Positions 1-9,677 of a stretch of DNA of 62,143 nt are shown here, in pieces. Both the position numbers and the translations under genes were made by a program. The first letter of the stretch is position 1. Each line of letters starts with the position of its first letter. The stretch is from an uncultured Prevotellaceae bacterium (GTDB taxonomy: Bacteria; Bacteroidota; Bacteroidia; Bacteroidales; Bacteroidaceae), in assembly GCA_946541275.1 (NCBI GenBank), contig CAMNJH010000001.1, positions 1-62,143 on the forward strand, given 5' to 3'. The notes below the pieces were generated by a model, which saw only the letters and a list, made by a program, of their open reading frames with translations, made no database searches and was not told where the DNA came from.

Positions 1-718
1 CGTTCACCTCGTGGCAGTATTCGCGCTTCACGTCGGTGCCCAGCTCCTTGCTCAGCTCGGCCTGCAGCTCGCACATGGGCTTGATGGCGTCCATGGCAGC
101 CTTCAGGGCGCCCAGCAGGTCCTGTTCGCTCACTTCCTTCATCTCGCCTTCCACCATCATGATGTTCTCAGCTGAAGCACCCACCATGATGTCCATGTCG
201 GCATGCTTCATCTGCTCGAAAGTGGGGTCAATGACATAGTTGCCGTTGATACGGGCCACGCGCACCTCGCTGATGGGGCACTCGAAGGGGATATCTGAAC
301 ATGCCAGAGCGGCCGAGGCGGCAAAACCGGCCAGTGCATCGGGCTGGTCTACACCATCAGCTGACAGGAGCATGACGTTGACATACACTTCGGCATGATA
401 ATTGCCGGGGAAGAGTGGACGAAGTACGCGGTCCACCAGACGCGATGTGAGAATCTCATTGTCGCCGGGCTTGCCCTCACGACGTGTGAAACCACCGGGG
501 AAGCGCCCGGCTGCGCTGTACTGCTCACGATAGTCTACCTGAAGCGGCATGAAATCGGTTCCGGGAACGGCATCTTTTGCGGCACAAACAGTGGCGAGGA
601 GCACGGTGTTGTTCATGCGGAGCACAACGCTGCCGTCGGCCTGCTTGGCCACTTTCCCGGTTTCAATGGTGATGGTACGTCCATCAGCCAGTTGAAGGGT
701 TTTTGTAATTACGTTCAT
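1..718 (-). CDS. pnp: Polyribonucleotide nucleotidyltransferase (PNPase), 5' part; runs off window start
   Basis: Minus strand from ATG at 718 reads [44 protein letters not shown]...[11 protein letters not shown]...GRFPGGF, the typical PNPase N-terminus. Missing from the ORF track because it is open at the edge. Confidence 0.96.
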   Translation of the reverse strand, partial: MNVITKTLQLADGRTITIETGKVAKQADGSVVLRMNNTVLLATVCAAKDAVPGTDFMPLQVDYREQYSAAGRFPGGFTRREGKPGDNEILTSRLVDRVLRPLFPGNYHAEVYVNVMLLSADGVDQPDALAGFAASAALACSDIPFECPISEVRVARINGNYVIDPTFEQMKHADMDIMVGASAENIMMVEGEMKEVSEQDLLGALKAAMDAIKPMCELQAELSKELGTDVKREYCHEVN

Positions 719-774
719 CTTGATTAAAACATCTAAAAAATAAATAAAAGTGCGCCGTGGCGCTAAACATCGTG

Positions 775-782
775 CAAAGGTA
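775..782 (-). promoter_or_regulatory. Bacteroidota sigma-A -7 element (TACCTTTG) for pnp
   Basis: caaaggta on + strand = TAnnTTTG on -, ~57 bp upstream of pnp ATG. Confidence 0.7.
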
Positions 783-834
783 CTCATTATAATATAAATA
801 AAAGAAGAAAGCTTAAAGTTTTTTGTTTTTTTGG

Positions 835-960
835 GTTTTTCTTCCCTTTTCTCTCACTAATTTTGTAACTTTGGCTTTGCCGAACTTACTTTTCGTTCGG
901 AAAAGGAAATAAAAATGTTTTTTTCTTTCCTTTTCTCTCACTTATTTCGTAACTTTGCAC
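835..960 (+). promoter_or_regulatory. Tandemly duplicated promoter-like module with two TAACTTTG -7 boxes
   Basis: ttttctctcact..tt.gtaactttg occurs twice (TAACTTTG at 866-873 and 950-957), separated by a small ccgaac/gttcgg hairpin (880-900). Confidence 0.65.
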
Positions 961-978
961 CCATAAAACGGAAAGGAA

Positions 979-2127
979 ATGAAAAAGATCATCATTGTGA
1001 TGCTGGGGGTGCTGCTGATGTCAGCCTGCCAGAAAGGAAAGACGTTCACCGTGGAGGGCACTATAGAAGGTGCCCAGGACTCGACGCTTTACTTGTATAA
1101 CCGCTCCATGAGCGGAATCGTGCTCATTGACTCGGCCAAGCTGGGGCAGGACTGCACGTTCAGCTTCACTCACGAAGCTCCTGTGGGAGGCCCCGACCTC
1201 TATGTGTTGCGCATCTACAACCAGTGGATTAATCTAGCCGTCGACTCCACCGAGACCATCACCCTGAAGGCTCAGCTGGCAGGAATGGCGCAGAACTACA
1301 CGGTGACGGGCTCGGAAAACTGTGACAAGATTCGGCAACTGGCACTGATGCACAGTCAGTTGCAGCAGCAGGTCATCGAGGTGGAGCAGAACACCACCCT
1401 GATGGGGCCCACCATGGTGGACTCACTGCGCCTCTTGCTGCGTAACTATAAGGACGGGGTGATGCGCGACTATATCTTCCAAGGGCCGCAGACCTCGTAT
1501 GCCTATTTCGCTCTGTCGCAGACGCTGAACCACTTGTACTGGAACACCAGCCCCGTCTTTGAGCTGGGTGACAGTCTGGACGACCGTGCCTATCGTGCCG
1601 TGGCCACCTGCTGGAAGGAGTACTACCCCGAATCGGAGCGTGCACAGCAGCTGTTCAACATGGTGGAGCGCGACATCAACAGCAACCGCATTGCCGCCGC
1701 ACGTCAGCAGCAGCTGCAGGGCGAGAGCATTGAGGTGTCGAACATCATTGACCTGCGGCTGCCCGACGCTAACGGACAGGAGCGCTCACTGAGCGAACTG
1801 CGCGGGCAGGTGGTGCTGCTCGACTTCCACCTCTTTTCTTCTGAGGAATCGGGCGCCCGCATCTTGAAGCTGCGCGATCTTTATAATCGCTATCATGACC
1901 GTGGCCTGGAAATCTATCAGGTTTCCATCGACCCCGACGAGCACCTGTGGCGCCAGGCCGTGCAGTCGCTGCCCTGGGTGAGCGTCTATGACCCGGCGGG
2001 CGAGTCGTGCCGTCGCTACAATGTGCAGGCTGTGCCGGAATACTTCACCATCAGCCGCGACAATGAGCTGCAGTTCCGCTCAGTGCAGATCAGTGACTTG
2101 GAGAAGGAGATAGAGCGCCTGCTCTAG
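979..2127 (+). CDS. DUF4369 + AhpC/TSA (TlpA-like) thioredoxin-fold lipoprotein, lacking CxxC
   Basis: Lipobox LMSAC; C-terminal LPDANGQERSLSELRGQVVLLDF...GLEIYQVSID...LPWVSV; DFHLFSSEES replaces WASWCxxC. Confidence 0.8.
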   Translation: MKKIIIVMLGVLLMSACQKGKTFTVEGTIEGAQDSTLYLYNRSMSGIVLIDSAKLGQDCTFSFTHEAPVGGPDLYVLRIYNQWINLAVDSTETITLKAQLAGMAQNYTVTGSENCDKIRQLALMHSQLQQQVIEVEQNTTLMGPTMVDSLRLLLRNYKDGVMRDYIFQGPQTSYAYFALSQTLNHLYWNTSPVFELGDSLDDRAYRAVATCWKEYYPESERAQQLFNMVERDINSNRIAAARQQQLQGESIEVSNIIDLRLPDANGQERSLSELRGQVVLLDFHLFSSEESGARILKLRDLYNRYHDRGLEIYQVSIDPDEHLWRQAVQSLPWVSVYDPAGESCRRYNVQAVPEYFTISRDNELQFRSVQISDLEKEIERLL

Positions 2128-2147
2128 TCTTGCTCTTCCTATATAAC

Positions 2148-2187
2148 TATGGGACCCATAAGACCTGATTGCCTTATGGGTCCCATA
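2148..2187. terminator. Perfect 15-bp inverted repeat between convergent genes (probable bidirectional terminator)
   Basis: tatgggacccataag (2148-2162) / cttatgggtcccata (2173-2187). Confidence 0.6.
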
Positions 2188-2206
2188 TTGTGTGTTTGGC
2201 AAGATG

Positions 2207-2992
2207 CTATTGCCCGTAGGTGTGGACACTCATGCCCTGAGCTGAGGGCAGGTAGTTGATGCCCCACCAGCACATCTGCAAGAGGAAGAAGCTGACAATG
2301 AGAATGCTGAGGGCAGCGCGCGGCCGCGAATGCGGATAGAGGCGGTAGTGAATGTAGACGAGATAGCCCAGCCAGGTGGCGGCGGCCCACGTCTCCTTGG
2401 GGTCCCACGACCAGTAGTGGCCCCAGGCCTCCTTGGCCCACAGGGCGCCGAACAACATGCCAAAGGTCATGAAGCTGAGACCCACGTAGACAAGATTATC
2501 CACCGAGGCCAGCACCGTTAGGGTAATCTTGTTTTTCTTGAACAGCAGATAGAGAGCCATGAGGAACGAGGCTCCAAGCATGGCATAGGCAAACATGTAG
2601 ACAATGACATGGGGGGCAAACCATGGGCTCTGCAAGGCTGGCATCAGTGCCTTGGTGTGGATTTCGGGCTTGAACAGGTTGATGCAGATGAAAACCGTGG
2701 CCATGACGGTGCTGAACGACAGTATCCACTTGTAGCGCCAGCGGCTGTAGACGAAAAGACCGGCCAGTGGCAGGAACAGCGAGTACCACAGGCGCGTCTC
2801 GCCCATGGTGCGCATGGGAGGCCGCTGCAGTGTGATCCACATGGCCAGGATGTAGGAGAAAAACACGCCGAGTCCCAGCGCCGTGAGGGCCATGGCCGCT
2901 TTCTGCTTGTCTTTCCAGGCAAGGAAAGCCCCGCTGACCCAGAGCAGGAGGGAGGCGACGGCGAAATATACAAGACTATTCCAAGAAACCAT
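2207..2992 (-). CDS. ccsA: Cytochrome c biogenesis protein CcsA (system II)
   Basis: WWD domain GALWAKEAWGHYWSWDPKETWA, PALQSPWFAPHV, multiple TM helices. Confidence 0.93.
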   Translation of the reverse strand: MVSWNSLVYFAVASLLLWVSGAFLAWKDKQKAAMALTALGLGVFFSYILAMWITLQRPPMRTMGETRLWYSLFLPLAGLFVYSRWRYKWILSFSTVMATVFICINLFKPEIHTKALMPALQSPWFAPHVIVYMFAYAMLGASFLMALYLLFKKNKITLTVLASVDNLVYVGLSFMTFGMLFGALWAKEAWGHYWSWDPKETWAAATWLGYLVYIHYRLYPHSRPRAALSILIVSFFLLQMCWWGINYLPSAQGMSVHTYGQ

Positions 2993-2995
2993 GGC

Positions 2996-4000
2996 TTATT
3001 CCTCTTTTTTGCTTTGTTCTGATGGGGTCGTTGGCTGGGCCTCCTCCCTCTTGCGGCCTCTGCCTGCGCCAAAGAAAAGAAGCAGCAGGGCTCCGACCAG
3101 CATCATGTAGATGCCTGTGTAGACCCACGGCAGCCAGGGGTCGCTGACCAGTTCCAGGATGCTGATTTGGCACTCATCGCCCAGTTGCGTCAGCCGGTAG
3201 TCCTTCTGGTAGATTTTCCATCCGTCCAACTCTACGGGGTGGTTTACGTCGATGGTGGCTGCATACTGGTGTTGCGTGGCTTTGGAGTAGACGATGACGT
3301 CAGAGGCATAGCGCTTGGGGCTGCCATCATCGTAGGTTTCCATGATGAAGCGCTTCAGCTCAATGGCAAGGGGCAGCTCCACCTTGCGGCTCTGCTCGTC
3401 AAGGGCAAAGCGCTCGTAACGGTTGAACGCTTCGGTGCCTGAGAGCATGTTGGCCATCTCGGGATTGTTCGTGGTCCACATCTGCAGGCGCTTCATGTCG
3501 GCATTGCCCAGCGTGGCCGTGGTGAAGGCCAGGAACAGGCCTGCGTGGTTGAGCAGGAAGGGCAGCAGTCGTGTCAGGGTGGTCCTGATGCCGTGACGCC
3601 GCACGGTGAAAAGGCGCTTCAGTGTGACCAGACCCAGAATGAGTACGATGTAGGTGTAGATGAGCACGAAGGGCCAGAAGGTGAGCATGTCACTGAACCA
3701 TGAGCCGCCCTCCTGCTGGCGGGTGAGGCCCATGATGACGGTGAGGGCAGCACCAAAGACCAGTGCCGGGACGGCAGCAGCATAGGTGGCCAGGAACTGG
3801 CAGGCATACACCTGTTTCCTGATGACAAAGAGGAGGCTGATGATGGCTAACAGCACGCCCAGCGCTATGATGTTAACAGGCCATGCAAATAAACCCCACT
3901 GCACGGGGCCCATGCTGACTTGCAGCACCAGTCCGACCGCAACCAGCCCCAGTCCGATGAGGAATCCCTCCGTCAGCGTCAAAGGTTTTTTCCAGACCAT
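2996..4000 (-). CDS. resB: Cytochrome c biogenesis protein ResB/CcsB
   Basis: TM helices, FLLNHAGL, IDVNHPVELDGWKIYQ...ILELVSDPWLPWVYTGI; directly upstream of ccsA. Confidence 0.85.
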   Translation of the reverse strand: MVWKKPLTLTEGFLIGLGLVAVGLVLQVSMGPVQWGLFAWPVNIIALGVLLAIISLLFVIRKQVYACQFLATYAAAVPALVFGAALTVIMGLTRQQEGGSWFSDMLTFWPFVLIYTYIVLILGLVTLKRLFTVRRHGIRTTLTRLLPFLLNHAGLFLAFTTATLGNADMKRLQMWTTNNPEMANMLSGTEAFNRYERFALDEQSRKVELPLAIELKRFIMETYDDGSPKRYASDVIVYSKATQHQYAATIDVNHPVELDGWKIYQKDYRLTQLGDECQISILELVSDPWLPWVYTGIYMMLVGALLLLFFGAGRGRKREEAQPTTPSEQSKKEE

Positions 4001-4033
4001 CGCTAGATGTACTTTAGTGGTGGTACCGGAGGA

Positions 4034-5266
4034 TTACCATTTGGTGAAGAGCACGCGTGGGGCAATGTTCAGCTGAATCCATGCCCAGTCCTGGAATTTC
4101 TTGTGGTTGCCACCTTTCATATAGTCCATCACCTCAGTACCGAACATGGTGGAAAAACCGCCCATGAGCGTCACGTCCCTGGCTATCTTGGCCGTGGCTT
4201 GCAAATCGATTTCGTGACCAAAAGCCTTGCCCAGCGTGCTCACTTGCTGTGCGGCCAGGAAGTAGTGGTAGTCCAGCTTCACGCTCAGCCAGTCCAGGGG
4301 CTTCGATGAAGCTCCGGCCTGAATGTCCTGCAAGCCGCTGCTGATGGTTCCGGGGAAGAAGTCCATGGCGCCATAGAACTTATGGTGTGTGCCGTAGAGG
4401 GCGTTGAAGGCTTTCATCTTGACCGACCCGTCGTTTCCACTCAGGTAGTCGTAGCCGGCATAGACGCTCAGCATGGGGTCAATATCGTATTCAGCCTTGA
4501 TGCTGGCCATCCAGGCTGATACTTTCCTGGTGGTGAGGTTCTTGCCCATCTGATAATAGAAAGCGGCATGCAGTCGCCAGTCCATGGGCTTGAAGTTGAT
4601 GTCAGTTCCCAGCGTCTGCAGGTAGTTGGTGCGGCCGTGGCCTTCCGTGCCCACTTCTCGGCCCAGGTTCATGGCCAGCATTGAGACGCCGAGCGGCAGC
4701 ATGTCTGACTGGTAGTGATACCACAGCGTCTGCATGTTCTTATAGGGCATGGGGCCGGAGTAGTAGTCGCCGTGGTTGTTTTCCTTTTCCTGGTTCATGG
4801 CCAGAATGAGGTGCACCTGGTTGTAGAAGTCCTGGTAGCCAAGCTTCAGGGCGTCGTGCCAATTGCCGTTCACATTCCAGTCAAGGGCTCCCAGTATGCG
4901 CTCGTCATCGTACGACAGCTGCTGGCGGCCCAGTTGGGCAAAGAAGTTGTCGGCAAAGGTCAGCTTAGCCCAGGCCTCGTTCATGGTGGCACGTCCGTTG
5001 GGCTGCTTGATATCGTCCTGTCCCCAGACGCCGGTGTGCTGTACCGAGGCCTTCAGCTCCAGGTTCTGGCGCTTGAAGTCCATTGACAGGCGTGCACGTT
5101 CATTGATGAAGTTGGAGGCCTGCTGCCCGGTCTTATGGGGGGTGATGGCTCCGTTGTTATGTTCTCCGCGAGTTCGCAGTTGAGCATCCACGGTAACCAC
5201 GTTCTCCTGCGAATAGCTAATGGCAGCCATCATTCCGATGGCTGCCGTTAATAAGAGCTTTTTCAT
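4034..5266 (-). CDS. Alginate-export-family outer-membrane beta-barrel (porin)
   Basis: Signal peptide; AQLRTRGE, LGRQQLSYDDERILG, FNALYGTHHKFYGAMD, FGHEIDL motifs; terminal aromatic W. Confidence 0.8.
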   Translation of the reverse strand: MKKLLLTAAIGMMAAISYSQENVVTVDAQLRTRGEHNNGAITPHKTGQQASNFINERARLSMDFKRQNLELKASVQHTGVWGQDDIKQPNGRATMNEAWAKLTFADNFFAQLGRQQLSYDDERILGALDWNVNGNWHDALKLGYQDFYNQVHLILAMNQEKENNHGDYYSGPMPYKNMQTLWYHYQSDMLPLGVSMLAMNLGREVGTEGHGRTNYLQTLGTDINFKPMDWRLHAAFYYQMGKNLTTRKVSAWMASIKAEYDIDPMLSVYAGYDYLSGNDGSVKMKAFNALYGTHHKFYGAMDFFPGTISSGLQDIQAGASSKPLDWLSVKLDYHYFLAAQQVSTLGKAFGHEIDLQATAKIARDVTLMGGFSTMFGTEVMDYMKGGNHKKFQDWAWIQLNIAPRVLFTKW

Positions 5267-5299
5267 GTTGGTCTGTATTTCAATAAGCTAATTCTTGTA

Positions 5300-8122
5300 T
5301 TATTCAGGCAGCATGACCACTTCGATATGGTTGCCGCTCTTGAGCACCTTATCGCGCAGGAATTTGCTGAGCGCATCGGGTGTCAGGGCCTCCACCATCT
5401 TCTTATAGTCGTGGAATACGTCGACACCGTAAGTGCGCATCTTGTCGATGGCGCCTACCCAGTAGGCATTCGTCTTGGCGTCGATGTCAATCTGCTTCAG
5501 CATGTAGTCCTTCACTTTCTGCAGCTGGTCGGGCTCAATCTTCTTGGCCACCTGCTTGATGCCTTCGTCGAGCAGGCGCAGTGCCGTCTCGTTCTTGTCG
5601 GGGTTCATGGGGCAGTAGGCCATCAGTATCAGCTTAGGCTGGGGTGAGGTGAGGTCAAGCTGACCAGCGGCGCCACAGCTGTAGGCTGCGCTCTCATCCT
5701 CGCGGATGGTCTTCAGGTAGATCATGGAGAGAATCTGTCCGATGGCATCCATCTTCACTGCATTTTCCAGTGTGTAGGGAGCTTCAGCCCACCAGATTTC
5801 GCGGGCTACGGCTTTCGGTGACTCACTCTTCATGGTGAAGTGGTTCTTCACTTCGCCCTTGGCCATGGTCTGGATGTTCTTGACTTTCTCAGGTGCTGCG
5901 CCAGTGGAAGGCAGTGAAGCAATGTACTGCTCAATGAGCGGGCGGATGGTTGCTTCATCAAACTTGCCTACGAAGGCGAACGTGAAGGCGCCTGCGTTCT
6001 TGGTGCGCTCACGGGCTATCTGCAGCACGCGGTCATAGTTGATGGTGGGCAGGTCTTCGACGTGAGGAATCATGTAGCGCGGGTTGTAGCTGTTGACCAC
6101 GTTGTTCAGTGTGTCACTATAGACGGCATCGGGTGAGAGCGACATGTTCTTCAGTGCCAGGTCCAGCATGTTCATCAGGTTCTTGTACTGCTTCTCGTCC
6201 TTGTTGATGTTGGTGAAGTAGAGATATGCCAGCTGGAACATGGTCTCCAGGTCTTTCGGCGTGGAGTGAGCGTTGACATACTGGCGTGAATCACTGAGCG
6301 AAAGGTCGGCATTCACATTCTTGCCTGCCAGGGCCTTCTCCAGCTCTGTGTTTGAGAAATTACCCAGTCCGCTGATGCCGATAACTTGGTCGAACAGCTT
6401 CAGGTTATTGAAGTCCTCGGGAGCGCTGTAGGCACTATTGCCGCCATTGGCCCATGCCTGCATCACCACCTCGTCATCCTTATAGTCGGTGGGCATCAGC
6501 AGTGCGGTGGCACCATTGCTCAGCTTCAGCTCTTTGTAGCCGAAGGTCTTGTCGGTAGTCTCGCTGACGATGCTGCCCTTCTGAGGCAGTTCGGCAATCA
6601 GTGGCTCATCTTTTACATTGTCCACATAGGCAGTGAGCTCCTCAGCGCGGGCTTTGGCCACGGCGGCACGCATGTCCTCCTCAGTGGGGTAGGTCAGTCC
6701 ATCGGCTTCGCGGGCCCATTCCATCACCACCAGATTCTTGTCGCTGTCTGAAATCATCTCGGGCAGCAGCATGTTGATGGCATCTACGGGGATGTTAGGA
6801 GCCAGCATGTTCATGGTCTGGTAGAGAACCTCAATGCTGGGAATAGGCTCATTCGTGAGGAAGTTGTCGCGGTACTCGTCGCCATAGCTGTCGTTGGTGA
6901 TCTTGGCGCGGTTGGTGTACTGCTTCTCCAGAGAGCTGAGGTAGTCGGCCTTGGCGCGCTCATATTCCGTAGCGGTGAAGCCGAACTTTGCCATGCGGCG
7001 AGCTTCGCGCATCAAGGCGGTCAGCGTCTCCATGTCCTTGCCTTCCTTGGGAACGCCGAAGAACTGGAATGCGTCCTTGGTAGAGGCCAGCAGATAATTG
7101 TCGTCATCGCCTGAAGCCTGAATGAAGGGACACTCGGGATCGTTGGTCAGTTCCTGTAGACGGGCATTGAACATCTGGGCCACCACTTGCTTCACATAGA
7201 CTTCAATGAGGTAGTCCATGTTTTTCTTCTCCTCGGGCTTGGTGGCATCGTGCTTCATGAAGACGATGACCTGGTTGACCTGCATCTCCTTGTCCTTTTC
7301 GAAGATGTAGATAGCCTCCTCATTGTCGGGCACTTCCTCGGGTATCACTTTCGGGGCATTGGGGTCAACCTTGATGCCGCCGAACAGCTCTTTCACCTTC
7401 TGCTCAAAGTGGTCCACGTCGATGTCGCCCACCACGATGATAGCCTGGTTGTCAGGGCGATACCATTTGTGGTAGTAGTCGGCCAGTTCCTGTCGCTTGA
7501 AGTTGTCAATCACGCTCATCAGACCAATAGGCATGCGTACGCCGTATTTAGAACCGGGGTACATTTTGGGTAGTGCGCGGGTAATCATGCGCTGGCTGGG
7601 ACCATCGCCCAAGCGGTACTCATTGTGCACCACATCGCGCTCTTTCACTATCTCGTCTTCCTCCAGCAACAGACCGTTCGACCAGTCCTTCAGAATCAGC
7701 ATGCACGAGTCGAGTGCCGACTGGCGTGTGGTGGGTACGTTGCAGACGCGATAGACGGTCTGGTCGATAGAAGTATAGGCGTTCAGGTCGCTGCCGAACT
7801 CTACGCCCAGCGAGCGGGTGAACTCAATGAGGTCGTTGCCCTTAAAGTGCTCAGAGCCGTTGAAGGCCATGTGCTCCAGGAAGTGTGCCAGTCCGCGCTG
7901 GCTCTCCTCCTCTTGGATGGAGCCCACGCGCTGGGCAATGTAGAAGTTGGCCACGTGTTCAGGCCATTCATTGTGGCGAATGTAGTAGGTCAGCCCATTG
8001 TCGAGCTTGCCAATGCGTACTGCCTCATCCACGGGGATAGGAGGCATCTGCTCTTGTGCCATCAGGGCAGAAGCGCCTGAGAAAAGCAGCATCGCTGCTA
8101 CCAGAAATTTGTTCTTTTTCAT
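5300..8122 (-). CDS. M16 family zinc metalloprotease (PqqL-like)
   Basis: Inverted zincin motif GLAHFLEHMAFNGS, NAYTS.DQTVY, signal peptide, 940 aa. Confidence 0.93.
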   Translation of the reverse strand: MKKNKFLVAAMLLFSGASALMAQEQMPPIPVDEAVRIGKLDNGLTYYIRHNEWPEHVANFYIAQRVGSIQEEESQRGLAHFLEHMAFNGSEHFKGNDLIEFTRSLGVEFGSDLNAYTSIDQTVYRVCNVPTTRQSALDSCMLILKDWSNGLLLEEDEIVKERDVVHNEYRLGDGPSQRMITRALPKMYPGSKYGVRMPIGLMSVIDNFKRQELADYYHKWYRPDNQAIIVVGDIDVDHFEQKVKELFGGIKVDPNAPKVIPEEVPDNEEAIYIFEKDKEMQVNQVIVFMKHDATKPEEKKNMDYLIEVYVKQVVAQMFNARLQELTNDPECPFIQASGDDDNYLLASTKDAFQFFGVPKEGKDMETLTALMREARRMAKFGFTATEYERAKADYLSSLEKQYTNRAKITNDSYGDEYRDNFLTNEPIPSIEVLYQTMNMLAPNIPVDAINMLLPEMISDSDKNLVVMEWAREADGLTYPTEEDMRAAVAKARAEELTAYVDNVKDEPLIAELPQKGSIVSETTDKTFGYKELKLSNGATALLMPTDYKDDEVVMQAWANGGNSAYSAPEDFNNLKLFDQVIGISGLGNFSNTELEKALAGKNVNADLSLSDSRQYVNAHSTPKDLETMFQLAYLYFTNINKDEKQYKNLMNMLDLALKNMSLSPDAVYSDTLNNVVNSYNPRYMIPHVEDLPTINYDRVLQIARERTKNAGAFTFAFVGKFDEATIRPLIEQYIASLPSTGAAPEKVKNIQTMAKGEVKNHFTMKSESPKAVAREIWWAEAPYTLENAVKMDAIGQILSMIYLKTIREDESAAYSCGAAGQLDLTSPQPKLILMAYCPMNPDKNETALRLLDEGIKQVAKKIEPDQLQKVKDYMLKQIDIDAKTNAYWVGAIDKMRTYGVDVFHDYKKMVEALTPDALSKFLRDKVLKSGNHIEVVMLPE

Positions 8123-8155
8123 TAGTAATTAATTAAAAATGTCTATAATTGGGTG

Positions 8156-8234
8156 CAAAGTTAAGCAAAATTCAAAGATTAGACGCAAAAAAGTGGGAAA
8201 AACTACGCATTTTCACCAATTCTTTTTATCTTTG
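8156..8234. promoter_or_regulatory. Divergent -7 promoter boxes for the M16 operon (-) and comEC (+)
   Basis: caaagtta 8156-8163 (TAACTTTG on -) and TATCTTTG 8227-8234 on +. Confidence 0.65.
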
Positions 8235-8264
8235 CAATATTTATTATGACATTTCTGTTGTTTT

Positions 8265-9677
8265 ATGGATTATCTGCCCCGCATGCATGCCCCACTTTTC
8301 CCGCTGGCTGTCAGTCTGGCTCTTGGCATTGGCGTGGGTCATTTTCTTTCGCCAGATATACCGCTCCTGCTGCTATTGATCCTCCTTACGCTGCTGTCAA
8401 TCCTGATGTACCGAAGACCAGTGGCTCAGAGTGTCAGCATCTGGGCCTGCTTCCTGTTGCTGGGATTGCTGATAGCTCCAAAGGGAGAACCCAGGCAAGT
8501 GCCCGATGGCGTGTTGACCGAGGCTGTTGTGGTGTCGGCTCCTGCCGAGAAACCTAAGACCATCAGGGTTGATTTGCAGTTGACGGCCACAGGCGAACGG
8601 CGGCGCAGCTACATCTGGAAAGATGAGCGTAGCCAGCTGCTGGCTGTGGGCGATAATATTCTGGTTAGTTTCCATGATGAGCAGTTCATAGGCCGTCACG
8701 ATTGGCAACTGGGTGGTAATGGCTTCAGCCACCTGTCCCGTTTCCAACGACTCAAGGTCAAGGCTCTGCGTGTGCGCTCGCATCTGCTGTCAAGGTTTCA
8801 TAGCCAGTCTGCTGACGATGAAGCGCCACAGGCTGTGTTGCTGGCCATGGTGCTGGGCGACAAAAGCGGGCTGACACCCCAGTTGCGACACGCTTATGAC
8901 GTTAGTGGTGCCTCCCACATCCTGGCTCTCAGCGGACTGCATCTGGGCATCATCTATATGTTGCTGACGGGCCTGATGATGGGTCGCCGACGCTTCTGGC
9001 TGGGACAGGTAGTCGTGGTATTGGCTATCTGGGCATACTCTTTCCTGACGGGCCTGTCAACAAGTGTTACTAGGGCTGCCATCATGATCAGCATTTACTC
9101 CCTCTTCCTGTTGGGTGGGCGCCGCCATGCCCCGCTTGGCGTGCTCAGTTTTGCCGCAATGGTCCTGTTATTGGCCGATCCCCATTCGCTGACCGATATT
9201 GGTTTCCAATTGTCTTTCATGTCCATGCTGTCCATCCTGTTTTTCGTTCCGCTGCTGGAACAGCTGTTGCCAGTGAAATGGCTGCAGGAACATCGTATGG
9301 CCCGCTGGCTAATAGGCATGGTAATGGTCTCTGTTGCCGCCCAGCTGGGTACGGCGCCACTGGTGGCTTACCATTTTGGGCGCTTCTCCACTTGGTTCCT
9401 GCTGGCCAATCTGGTGGCCATCCCCTTGGCAATGTTCATTCTCTATGGAGCCATACTGGTGCTGATTATTCCTCCGTTATTAGGGCTCATCCTCGCTCTT
9501 GTCCGAACGCTGAATGCCGCCCTTGATGCCATCTCCCAGCTGCCATTTGCCAGCATCAATGGACTTCATCCTTCACCCTTGCAGGTGCTGATGCTCTACG
9601 TACTCATTATCGCCGTTTATGGCCTGCTCTGTCTGCTGGTTAGCAGAATAAACTTATCGCGCACGCGCGATATATAG
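8265..9677 (+). CDS. comEC: ComEC/Rec2 family competence membrane protein (no C-terminal beta-lactamase-like domain)
   Basis: AMVLGDKS, GASHILALSGLHLGII, SVTRAAIM, DIGFQLSF motifs. Confidence 0.88.
   Translation: MDYLPRMHAPLFPLAVSLALGIGVGHFLSPDIPLLLLLILLTLLSILMYRRPVAQSVSIWACFLLLGLLIAPKGEPRQVPDGVLTEAVVVSAPAEKPKTIRVDLQLTATGERRRSYIWKDERSQLLAVGDNILVSFHDEQFIGRHDWQLGGNGFSHLSRFQRLKVKALRVRSHLLSRFHSQSADDEAPQAVLLAMVLGDKSGLTPQLRHAYDVSGASHILALSGLHLGIIYMLLTGLMMGRRRFWLGQVVVVLAIWAYSFLTGLSTSVTRAAIMISIYSLFLLGGRRHAPLGVLSFAAMVLLLADPHSLTDIGFQLSFMSMLSILFFVPLLEQLLPVKWLQEHRMARWLIGMVMVSVAAQLGTAPLVAYHFGRFSTWFLLANLVAIPLAMFILYGAILVLIIPPLLGLILALVRTLNAALDAISQLPFASINGLHPSPLQVLMLYVLIIAVYGLLCLLVSRINLSRTRDI

Noticed and set aside
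395-727. 110-aa + strand ORF and 36..239 ORF
   Set aside because: Antisense to pnp.
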